NCBI GenBank assembly: GCA_023150835.1
Contig: JAKLKB010000001.1
Location: 62,001-126,000, forward strand
DNA length: 64,000 nucleotides
DNA from: Myxococcota bacterium
Lineage (GTDB): Bacteria; Myxococcota_C; UBA6777
Direction: 5' to 3'
Shown here piece by piece: positions 8,267-17,867 of this stretch. The notes beneath the pieces are model-generated. The model did not search any database, was not told the origin of the DNA, and saw nothing but the letters and a program-made list of their open reading frames with translations. The position numbers and the translations under genes are program-made. The stretch's first letter is position 1; every line of letters begins with the position of its first letter.

Positions 8267-9790
8267 ATGGCGATGTCAAAAGTCGAATCCTCAGATCATT
8301 TCCCCCCTGATGAGGTGTCGTTCGGAGAACCCGTCTTTCTCTCGCGGGAAGCGGTGTGCGCGCCTACAGAGATAGGTTCGATCCATCCGAGAGGATGGAA
8401 AGATTTGACACATCCGCCGACAGCGGAGAACACGACACCTCCGTCGATAGAAAAGAGCGCGACGTATCCGAAAGGATGGAACGAGGTGAACCATCCGCCG
8501 ACAGCGGAGAACGCGAACCATCCGTTGGAATGCGACGAATCAGCACGTTTCTCTACAGAAGAGAGCGCCATCCATCCGTGGGGATGGGAAGAAGACGAAC
8601 TCTTTCGATTGGCCCATAGCCCCGAGATCTCCGAAGCCGAGCCTGATATCTTGTTTGCTGCGGGCCTTTCTCGCGAAGCGCGCTTGGTTTATATCCTCAG
8701 TAACCCCTTTTGGTTGTTGAGTTTGTGCGGTTTGATCTTGGCGATCGGTGGGGTTTCTTTGGATCTCTATCTACAAAACCGCCCTCTGTCTTTGGATCCT
8801 CCCGAAGCCTCGGGCGCAAGAACTGCCCCGCAAGCCCCGCGCTCTCGCGAACCCTCGTTATCTCCTCCGATGCAGCAGCTTCAACAGCGTATTGCGCGCC
8901 TCTCCAAAGATCTTCTTCCCCCGCCGTATCCCCCTCTTCGTCAACTCTTTGTACCCAAGTCTTTGCCGGTCCAAGGAGATTGGCTGAGGCTTCAACACGA
9001 AGAAGGTCAATCTTTTGAAGAATACAAGGCGTCTCAGCCTGTGCGGCCTTCTGCACAACGCAAGGTGATCTACTTGCAGCCTTTGGGGGAGATGTCTGCG
9101 CACCATCGACGTGTGGTGTTGCAGGTCGCACGCTATATGGAGGCGTTTTTTTGCTTGCGTGTGGTGTTACGCCCTGCGTGGGAGCGTTTGCCTTTGCCTT
9201 CGTGGGCTACACGCGAAAAACCGCAAGGAAATCTACAACTTCACACGCCTTATGTGTTGTTTCACATTCTGAAACCCCGTTTGCCAAAAGACGCGATGAT
9301 GTTGATCGCCCTGACACAGCACGATCTTTGGCCCGGCATGGGCTGGAGTTATGTCTTTGGTCAGGCTTCGTTGAGTGAACGGGTCGGTGTGTGGTCAATG
9401 TCCCGTTATGGCGATCCTTCCCACTCACCAAAAGCCTTCCAACAACTCCTGATCCGCACCTTGAAGACCTCGCTACACGAAGCCGGGCATATCCTTTCCT
9501 TGCCCCATTGTATCGGTCATGACTGCGTGATGAACGGTTCCAACCATCTTGAAGAAGCCGATCGGCATCCTGCGTTTCTTTGCCCACATTGCATGGCGAA
9601 ACTGTGCTGGAATCTGGGCTGTGATCCGCTCCGACGACTAGAAACATTACGTGATCTTTCCCATCAGATGGGGATTTCAGAGCTTGAAGCGCACCACTCC
9701 AGCGCGTTGCGTCTCTTGCGTTCCGCCTCCGCTCTGAAACCACCGCCGACGGGTTCGCACAAACAACCGCCGATGGATGGGGGCAAATAG
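8267..9790 (+). CDS. Archaemetzincin (M54) zinc metalloprotease, membrane-anchored
   Basis: HEAGHILSLPHC..CVMNGSN..LCPHC, DLWPG..WSYVFGQA, TM segment near 8710-8770. Start uncertain. Confidence 0.85.
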   Translation: MAMSKVESSDHFPPDEVSFGEPVFLSREAVCAPTEIGSIHPRGWKDLTHPPTAENTTPPSIEKSATYPKGWNEVNHPPTAENANHPLECDESARFSTEESAIHPWGWEEDELFRLAHSPEISEAEPDILFAAGLSREARLVYILSNPFWLLSLCGLILAIGGVSLDLYLQNRPLSLDPPEASGARTAPQAPRSREPSLSPPMQQLQQRIARLSKDLLPPPYPPLRQLFVPKSLPVQGDWLRLQHEEGQSFEEYKASQPVRPSAQRKVIYLQPLGEMSAHHRRVVLQVARYMEAFFCLRVVLRPAWERLPLPSWATREKPQGNLQLHTPYVLFHILKPRLPKDAMMLIALTQHDLWPGMGWSYVFGQASLSERVGVWSMSRYGDPSHSPKAFQQLLIRTLKTSLHEAGHILSLPHCIGHDCVMNGSNHLEEADRHPAFLCPHCMAKLCWNLGCDPLRRLETLRDLSHQMGISELEAHHSSALRLLRSASALKPPPTGSHKQPPMDGGK

Positions 9791-9801
9791 TCGCCAAGGG
9801 G

Positions 9802-9845
9802 GATCGCTGTGGCCTGTTGTGATCGCTGTGGCCTGTTGTGATCGC
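9802..9845. repeat. 19-bp tandem repeat (2.3 copies)
   Basis: GATCGCTGTGGCCTGTTGT x2 followed by GATCGC. Confidence 0.85.
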
Positions 9846-9966
9846 GAATACATCCGTTCACTTGTTTGTCATTTTTTTGTCACAGCCCCGTACGATGGGC
9901 TTTTGTGACGATGCTCACTGCTACCCTTGCTTCCCACCGCGTGTTTTTCTTCTCGCGTCCAAATGA

Positions 9967-10078
9967 TACGATATCCGAGTGATGTGTGACCGAAGGAGAG
10001 TGCCCAGACGCCCTGTAGTTGGGCAGCCACGGGGGGCTGCCCCTACATCTTGCGATCGAACTCTGGGCTGATTTCGTA
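9967..10078. mobile_element. MITE family A copy (112 bp)
   Basis: TACGATATCCG ... TGATTTCGTA flanked by TGA on both sides (9964-66, 10079-81), with the internal REP-like hairpin. Confidence 0.75.
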
Positions 10079-10097
10079 TGACGCGCAGCGATGGGGG

Positions 10098-10153
10098 TTT
10101 GGTGGGGTTTTACCCCACGCCCCACCATAGACCTGTGGCCCCTTGACCCCGTG
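10098..10153 (-). repeat. Double-hairpin dispersed repeat family C
   Basis: Reverse complement CACGGGGTCAAGGGG...GTGGGGTAAAACCCCAC resembles 48212-48267. Confidence 0.55.
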
Positions 10154-10471
10154 TGGGCCTTTGTGATCGGTGGTGTTTCAAACAAGCAGCCGTGCGGCTT
10201 GACGTGCTGTGAACTCGGGGTTTTTTGCCCACTGCGTAAGTTCTATCGCAAAAACAAGGGAGCGGAAGGGGGGAATAGGGACAGAAAAGGCAGGCAAAAA
10301 GGTTGATTTCCTTTTGTTGTGGGCGGGTTCTGTTTGGGTGGGTTTGTCGGCATAGCCTTCGCATTGGGGGTCGAACGACAGATACAGCGCATCGTGGTGG
10401 TTCGTATGGCTCGATATGATCGCGGTTTGTGAGCGCTGCGTATTACCCAACAAAGCGAAGAGGAGAGCGTC

Positions 10472-11665
10472 ATGCGTATCCTTTATGGTGTGGTTGGCGA
10501 AGGCATGGGTCATGCGACCCGCAGCAAAGTGATCTTGGCACATCTTTTGTCGCGAGGCCACGAAGTGCAGGTGGTGGTCTCAGGAAAAGCCTATATTTTT
10601 CTTCGCGATGCGTTTGCGGGGCAAGCGCGGATCAAAGTCCGCGAGATCCAAGGTCTGACCTTGGCTTTTGAGGGCAACAAGATGGATCTGGGGGCGACCT
10701 TTTGGCAGAACCTGTGGAAAGCCCCGAAAAACCTGATTCAAAACGTGATCACCTACATCGAGATGAGCTTAGACGGCTTTGCTCCACAAGCGGTGATCAG
10801 CGACTTTGAATCGTGGGCTTATTTTTATGCGTTGAATCACGGCGTGCCGTTTGTGAGCATCGACAACCAACAGGCGATCAGTCGTTGTGTGCATCCGTCT
10901 TATATCACCAACCAGAAAAGCCGAGACTTTCAATTGACCAAGTGGTTTACGAGTCTAAAGCTGCCCGGGGCCTACCACTACATCGCGACGAGCTTTTTCT
11001 TTCCGCCTGTCAAAAAGCCCCGAACGACCTTGGTTTCACCGATCTTGCGGCCTGAGATCCTCGCGGCCAAAGCCGAACCAAGGGAACATATCTTGGTGTA
11101 CCCTTCGGCGGCCTTACGCGGCGGGATCGTCGAGATGTTGCGTGGCTTGCCTTACGAATTTCGTGTGTACGGGATGCCCGAAATAGGCGATATAGACGGG
11201 CACATCCACCTGCGGCCCTTTTCGCAAGAGGGATTTATCGAGGATTTTCGGACGGCGCGGGCGGTGATCGCGGGTGGAGGATTTTCGATGATGAGCGAAG
11301 CTGTACACCTGCATGTTCCGATGTTGGCCGTCCCGATCCAAGGGCAATTTGAGCAAGAGTTTAATGCGCGCTATCTCAAGCAACTCGGTTATGGTGATTG
11401 GACTTTTTCGCTTGAGCGCGAGCGTGTGGCGCGTTTTGTCCAAGACTCCGAGCGCTATCGACAAAAGCTGTCGCGCTACATTCCCCGCGACAACAGCCTT
11501 TTGTTCGGAAATATCGACGAGCTGTTGCGTTGCATCGAGCTTGATGAGCCTGCGCCTGCTCGCCTCCAGAGTCCGGCACTTGCAAAGTACGCGGGGCCGC
11601 TGCTTCCCGAAGAACGCGATGGTTCTCTTCCTTGGTCGATGATCGCCAACCCTGCACTTGCTTAA
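10472..11665 (+). CDS. MJ1255/VC2487-family glycosyltransferase (GT-B fold)
   Basis: MRILYGVVGEGMGHATRS, ISDFE, SIDNQ, GGGFSMMSEA, GQFEQEFNA. Strong SD GAGGAG. Confidence 0.88.
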   Translation: MRILYGVVGEGMGHATRSKVILAHLLSRGHEVQVVVSGKAYIFLRDAFAGQARIKVREIQGLTLAFEGNKMDLGATFWQNLWKAPKNLIQNVITYIEMSLDGFAPQAVISDFESWAYFYALNHGVPFVSIDNQQAISRCVHPSYITNQKSRDFQLTKWFTSLKLPGAYHYIATSFFFPPVKKPRTTLVSPILRPEILAAKAEPREHILVYPSAALRGGIVEMLRGLPYEFRVYGMPEIGDIDGHIHLRPFSQEGFIEDFRTARAVIAGGGFSMMSEAVHLHVPMLAVPIQGQFEQEFNARYLKQLGYGDWTFSLERERVARFVQDSERYRQKLSRYIPRDNSLLFGNIDELLRCIELDEPAPARLQSPALAKYAGPLLPEERDGSLPWSMIANPALA

Positions 11666-11803
11666 TCCGACAGGCTCGTTGCGGAGCTTGCGGGAATGTC
11701 TGCGTGCAAGGAAAAAATTGGGTGGGTGGGTATTGTCTTTAGGCCGAGGCGAGGGCTTTTCGGGCCGCGTACAGGAAATCATACGCATAATCTAGGAAAT
11801 CTC

Positions 11804-11831
11804 TTGACAGGGCAGGCCACCTGCGCAAGAT
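11804..11831 (+). promoter_or_regulatory. Putative sigma70-type promoter of metY
   Basis: TTGACA at 11804-09 and CAAGAT 16 bp downstream (weak -10). Confidence 0.4.
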
Positions 11832-11960
11832 GGTGATCCTGCCGTCAAAAGGGATGGTCCCTGTTGGCCTCGATCGCGCTCGATCTCTCGGCCTACACAA
11901 CGAACCGAGGCGCGAATGCGGTGTTGAGGTGCGGCGCACACGGAACATACGACGAGGTGA

Positions 11961-13244
<1,284 letters not shown>

Positions 13245-13745
13245 TCGATATCCGAGTGATGTGTACACACAAGGATCGTACGTAGACGCCCTATCATTGG
13301 GCAGCCACAGGGGGCTGCCCCTACATCGTTCACGCAGTGGGCGGATTTCGTATTAATCGATCGATACGAGATCCGAGTGATGTGTACACACAAGGATCGT
13401 ACGTAGACGCCCTATCATTGGGCAGCACAGGGGGCTGCCCATACATCGTTCGATCACGCAATGGGCGGATTTCGTATTAATCGATCGATACGAGATCCGA
13501 GTGATGTGTACACACAAGGATAGTACGTAGACGCCCTATCATTGGGCAGCCACAGGGGGCTGCCCCTACATCGTTCGATCACGCAATGGGCGGATTTCGT
13601 ATTAATCGATCGATACAAGATCCGAGTGATGTGTACACACAAGGATAGTACGTAGACGCCCTATCATTGGGCAGCCACAGGGGGCTGCCCCTACATCGTT
13701 CACGCAGTGGGCGGATTTCGTATTAATCGATCGATACAAGATATC
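13245..13745. repeat. Tandem array of four MITE family A copies (period 121-125 bp)
   Basis: ATCCGAGTGATGTGTACACAC recurs at 13250, 13371, 13495 and 13620. Units are joined by an identical TTAATCGATCGA linker. Confidence 0.92.
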
Positions 13746-13794
13746 TTGTGTTGTGTTCACAGCGGTCGCGGCTGACTTTTTTTCACTCAGCCGC

Positions 13795-14035
13795 TCAGGA
13801 GGGGGTTCGCGACCAACTTTTTTCTTGGTCGTCAACGTGGAGGGGGGGGCGCGACTGACTTTTTTCTTGGTCGTCAACGTGGAGGGGAGTTCGCGACTAA
13901 CTTTTTTCTTGATCGCCAACGCGGAAGGGGGTTCGCGACCGACTTTTTTCTTGATCGCCAACGTGGAAGGGGGTTCGCGACCGACTTTTTTCTTGATCGC
14001 CAACGCGGAAGGGGGTTCACGACCGACTTTCGTTT
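13795..14035. repeat. 42-bp tandem repeat (~6 copies)
   Basis: Unit close to AAGGGGGTTCGCGACCGACTTTTTTCTTGATCGCCAACGCGG, with point variants and no spacers. Confidence 0.9.
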
Positions 14036-14125
14036 TGGGAGCAAGTGTTAAGTGAAGTCGACAAGCCGAAGCCCCGCAGAGCACACGAAGCACAAAAGAT
14101 CATGAAAAAGCAGCGCGTGTAATGA

Positions 14126-14696
14126 GAGGGTGTTTGCGAAAAAGGTTTGCTCTGGAGAGAAGTTGGTTGGATTCGCGATGTTCTTACCTCCTCATACGAA
14201 ATCCGCCCATAGTGTTACCTTAACGGTGTAGGGGCAGCCCCCATAGGCGTTAGGTGAAGCGCTTGTTGGCCCCCCCACCCCAGCCCTCCCCCGTGAACAG
14301 GGGAGGGAGCGAAAGTCGGAAGCAGCGGGGATGTTGTTTTTTCATGACGCACGCTGTTTGCACGAGACGCAGACGCTGCCCGTTCCAACTTCCCCCCGTT
14401 CACGGGGGGATTGAGGGGGGGGGTAGAAAAAGAAACGGCGATCAGGTTAGACTATTCGGTGTTTCCACCTTAACAAGGCGCGTATGGGGGCAGACAGGTA
14501 TGGCTGCCCAAGAATCGGGCGTCTACGCAATATCTTACGATCACACATCGCTCGGATATCGTATCACCCCCCATAACACGCGGTCGATCTAGGAATCGCT
14601 ACGTAGTTGGGGGGGGAGGGGACATCACAAGACGTCCATTCCTCCGATGTTTCTGTGTACCAGTCCAAAAGCTCTCGCTTTTTCGCAAACACCCTC
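14126..14696. mobile_element. MITE family B (IS5/IS1031-like ends) containing nested insertions
   Basis: Perfect 19-bp terminal inverted repeats GAGGGTGTTTGCGAAAAAG (14126-44) and CTTTTTCGCAAACACCCTC (14678-96), TGA on both sides. No transposase ORF inside. Confidence 0.8.
14195..14563. mobile_element. MITE family A copy interrupted by a ~245-bp palindromic insert
   Basis: TACGAAATCCG ... CGGATATCGTA flanked by TCA/TCA. Its two halves match the intact copy at 14700-14812. Confidence 0.78.
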
Positions 14697-14699
14697 TGA

Positions 14700-14812
14700 T
14701 ACGAAATCCGCCCATAGCGTTACCGTAACGGTGTAGGGGCAGCCCCCTGTGTCTGCCCAAGAATCGGGCGTCTACGCAATATCTTACGATCACACATCGC
14801 TCGGATATCGTA
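14700..14812. mobile_element. MITE family A intact copy (113 bp)
   Basis: TACGAAATCCG ... CGGATATCGTA flanked by TGA/TGA, internal GTAGGGGCAGCCCCCTGTGTCTGCCC..GGGCGTCTAC. Confidence 0.82.
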
Positions 14813-15046
14813 TGATTAGGTGGGGAGGGTTGTCGAATATCTCGTTTTGTATAGCTTTTGATACAAATCGCTGTCGCGGGGGATCTCTGGAAAACGCCGT
14901 AAATCCTTGCCCAACGGGATGTGAACGAACGGACCCATTTTGCTGTTGGGTTCGCACAGCGTTCCGAGCGGAGAACGCTTGAGATCCACCTTCATCTCTG
15001 TCTTTCCGTCCGTCCTTCCGAGGTATTTTGCAGGGCACATAGAAGT

Positions 15047-15709
15047 CTAGCGCCAAGAAAGAAGGAGGTGAAAAGCCCCGGGGGCAGGGTGCTGGGTGGC
15101 GATCTCGTAGCGTTTGCCGTAAGCGAGTCGGAGGAGGGCTTCGAGGGAGAGGACTTGGAGGGCTTGCCATGTGGGATGATCGTGATGGGCGGAGCCTTCA
15201 AACTGGAGGGTGGCAGCGTGTTTGTGTTGAAGCATACGCAGGATGCCTTGGTTGTAGGCGCGTTGGTAAAGTCCGGTGGCTTTGCGCAAGATCAGGGTCA
15301 TCGGCATGGTTTGGATGGCCCCACGTACCAAGCGAACGCGGTGGCTTTGTGAAGTTTGGAGCGCGTCGAGAGCCAGTTGAAGGAAGCCATCGAGTTCCCC
15401 ATCCATCCAGCGATCGGCGACGACCTCGGTAAGACGCAACAGCCAAGAAAGCGGATACATCGCGTGTTTGTCGATGTCTTGGGGAAGTAGATCGAGATCA
15501 CCGAGCGCGTCTTGGCGGGCCCATTGGATGGCGTCTGATCCGAAGTGTTGGGAGAGCTTTTCAGCCCAACCTTCGAAGAGGCGACCGTGGCAGCGTGTGG
15601 TGAGTTGTGTGGTTTGGTGATGGGGCCAACGGGAGAGGGATTGCGTGTGAAATCGCGCAAAATCATCGAGAGAAGGGCGATTGGAAGGGGCATGAAAGAG
15701 TGAAAACAT
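15047..15709 (-). CDS. Hypothetical protein (weak resemblance to myxobacterial DUF2378/TIGR02265-like proteins)
   Basis: ~220-aa ORF filling the gap. Pattern G..F..W...L...FG..A, YP..W..L and Y..G is only loosely reminiscent. Start uncertain. Confidence 0.5.
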   Translation of the reverse strand: MFSLFHAPSNRPSLDDFARFHTQSLSRWPHHQTTQLTTRCHGRLFEGWAEKLSQHFGSDAIQWARQDALGDLDLLPQDIDKHAMYPLSWLLRLTEVVADRWMDGELDGFLQLALDALQTSQSHRVRLVRGAIQTMPMTLILRKATGLYQRAYNQGILRMLQHKHAATLQFEGSAHHDHPTWQALQVLSLEALLRLAYGKRYEIATQHPAPGAFHLLLSWR

Positions 15710-16015
15710 TGCGATATCCTACATGCCCTACCCGACGAGACTTTGGCAGGGCTCTCTACAACAAACAGACATACTTTCTGTTGATTCGGGTGCGACGCCT
15801 GTTTTGCACAGTGGAGAAGTTGTTTGTAGCAAACCTCCAACAGGGCGTACAATTTTTTGACGGTGGCGCGCCGCCGATATGCAGATCGAAAGATGCAGCG
15901 CGTGAGAAAGGATGTCCAGCGAAAACAAGTAGGATGTCGATGCGGTCCGATATACGGTCGTTTTCTTTAACCGCGAACAATCGAGAGGATCACACCCACG
16001 AGTGCGACGCCCCGT

Positions 16016-16414
16016 TTAGCCACGAACAAGCGAGAGGATCACACCCACAAGCGCACCGCCCCACAGGACGAGACCTGCGAGCGAACTGATGGCAAAGCCC
16101 GTTCCGCGTTTGTTGGCCGCGATATAATAGCCTTGCGCATAGAGGATACGTCCCACCGCCCACACACCACCCGCGATACCGCCCCACATCGGGGAGATAT
16201 ACATCGAAAACAGCCAAAGAGACGGCAAAAAGAAAGCAAGCTGTTCAAGCGTGTTTTGTTGGACGCGGAAAAAGCGCTCAAATTCCTCGTTTCCTGTGGT
16301 GTGCGGGACGGGCACTTTGTATTTTGCCCGTGCGCCACCGACGCGCACAGCGGTGTAGAAATACACGGCGAGAGAGAAAAGTGTTGCGAGAGTAGGCCAA
16401 GCATAAGCTTTCAT
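16016..16414 (-). CDS. MAPEG family membrane protein
   Basis: VGGARAKYKVPVP, FERFFRVQQNTLEQL, GRILYAQGY. AAGGAG lies upstream of ATG 16414. Confidence 0.92.
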   Translation of the reverse strand: MKAYAWPTLATLFSLAVYFYTAVRVGGARAKYKVPVPHTTGNEEFERFFRVQQNTLEQLAFFLPSLWLFSMYISPMWGGIAGGVWAVGRILYAQGYYIAANKRGTGFAISSLAGLVLWGGALVGVILSLVRG

Positions 16415-16710
16415 GGGGGAGTCTCCTTGGTTTGGGGTGTGGTGTATTGCGCGCAGAGCGTTTGGTTGCGAGGGGCCGCGTGGGCGATACGAAAAAAGCA
16501 CCGAGCAGCGGGGTCTATGGATAACCCTTTGTGGGCGTGTTGGCAAGCGCAGCGAGGGCGCTAATTTGCAGAGGCGTTGTGCATGGGGCGGAAGTGGTCG
16601 ATCTGGGCGGGGCGAGCGGGGTTGATATGAAATCCGCCTGTTGTGTGATCGTAAAAGAGAGCCATCTCAAGGAGATCGCCGTGATCGAGGCAAGCGTAAG
16701 GGTTTGTCGC

Positions 16711-17679
16711 TTATTGTGGGATGTCTTCCTGTGTGGTGACGAGGTGCATCCCTGCTTGTTGGAGCAGGAGCAAGGTTTGTTCTGCGATCTGTGGGAAGTT
16801 GAGGTGGTCAGGTAGAGGATGCAGTGGGGGCGGTGGGACGGGCGACATCGCATCCTTGAGGATGTAGAACTTGCGCAGTTGTTCTGGGTGGGTGTGTTCG
16901 AGATGTTTTTTGATATCGAGCAAGGTTGCGCGGACACAGTGGGAGCTTGCTTGCCCGAATACATAGACGCGGTCGTAACTGAGCAAGCTTGCAAGAAGAC
17001 TTTCGCGAAAACCGCCGAGGGTCTTGCCTTCTAGCTCCGTCACTTCGGGGGCAAAGACCGAATAGCTTTCGGTGAGGGTTTCGCTGCCTTTGGCTTCAAA
17101 ATGGATGGGTTCTCCACGCACGAGGCTGTGGAAGAGAGCCGCTTCACCGAGTGCAGGCATCAACGCATGTCCCGCAGTTCCGCGCAGGGTGTGGTAGGGC
17201 CAGATCGTCAGGACGTATTTTCCGCTGGCTTCGAGGGCTTTGCAGTAGGCCAGACTGGCTTCGGGATGGCGCGTGGCGGTCCAATGGCCCGCTTCGATAT
17301 CTTCTGCGTGGATCACCGTCAACGGGGCGGGAGGACGGCCCGAAGCATCCCGCCACCAAGCGGGATGAAAGATCTGATGGATGCTGTGTGTATCGAGCGT
17401 AAAATACAGCGAAGTGATGTGCGAAAGGTTGCGATAAAACCAACCCAACGTGCGTTTGGTGTCTTCTACCGCCCCCCGAACATACAGCGCGCCTTGCGGT
17501 GCGCAAAAGTCCACTTGGCAGTCGATCCCAAAAGCCGCGATCCGTGTGGTATCTTCGCGAGAAGGCCGAATCATCCGCAGCTCTTTGAGTTTGCGTGCTG
17601 CTGCCGAGATCTCCCACGTCCGTTCTACATACACTTCTTCCGCTTGCTTCTCTTCGTAATATGAGGGTGCTGCGTACAT
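16711..17679 (-). CDS. Nicotinamidase/isochorismatase-family cysteine hydrolase
   Basis: IDCQVDFC, TLDTH, IWPYH, KG, GQASSHCV motifs. SD AAGGAG. Confidence 0.82.
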   Translation of the reverse strand: MYAAPSYYEEKQAEEVYVERTWEISAAARKLKELRMIRPSREDTTRIAAFGIDCQVDFCAPQGALYVRGAVEDTKRTLGWFYRNLSHITSLYFTLDTHSIHQIFHPAWWRDASGRPPAPLTVIHAEDIEAGHWTATRHPEASLAYCKALEASGKYVLTIWPYHTLRGTAGHALMPALGEAALFHSLVRGEPIHFEAKGSETLTESYSVFAPEVTELEGKTLGGFRESLLASLLSYDRVYVFGQASSHCVRATLLDIKKHLEHTHPEQLRKFYILKDAMSPVPPPPLHPLPDHLNFPQIAEQTLLLLQQAGMHLVTTQEDIPQ

Positions 17680-17867
17680 CGTTGTCTCCTTGCGCTGTGT
17701 GGATCAGGTGTACTGTTCCTTCGACGTTGAGTATTTCTGATCAACGAAGGGTGATTCGCTCTCCATCGATGCTCCGTCCCCGACGGGCTAGAGATGCAAC
17801 TGGAGTCCACAAATGCGTGATCGTTGTCAAAGAGTCTTTTGTACCCAAAGAAAAGTCAATCGAGATA

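Noticed and set aside
13245-14035. CRISPR array
   Set aside because: Both arrays repeat whole units with no unique spacers, and no cas genes are present.
13454-14982. Short ORFs across the repeat region (e.g. 13602-14093, 14254-14592)
   Set aside because: They are translations of MITE and VNTR DNA with no SD or protein motifs. No transposase is encoded.
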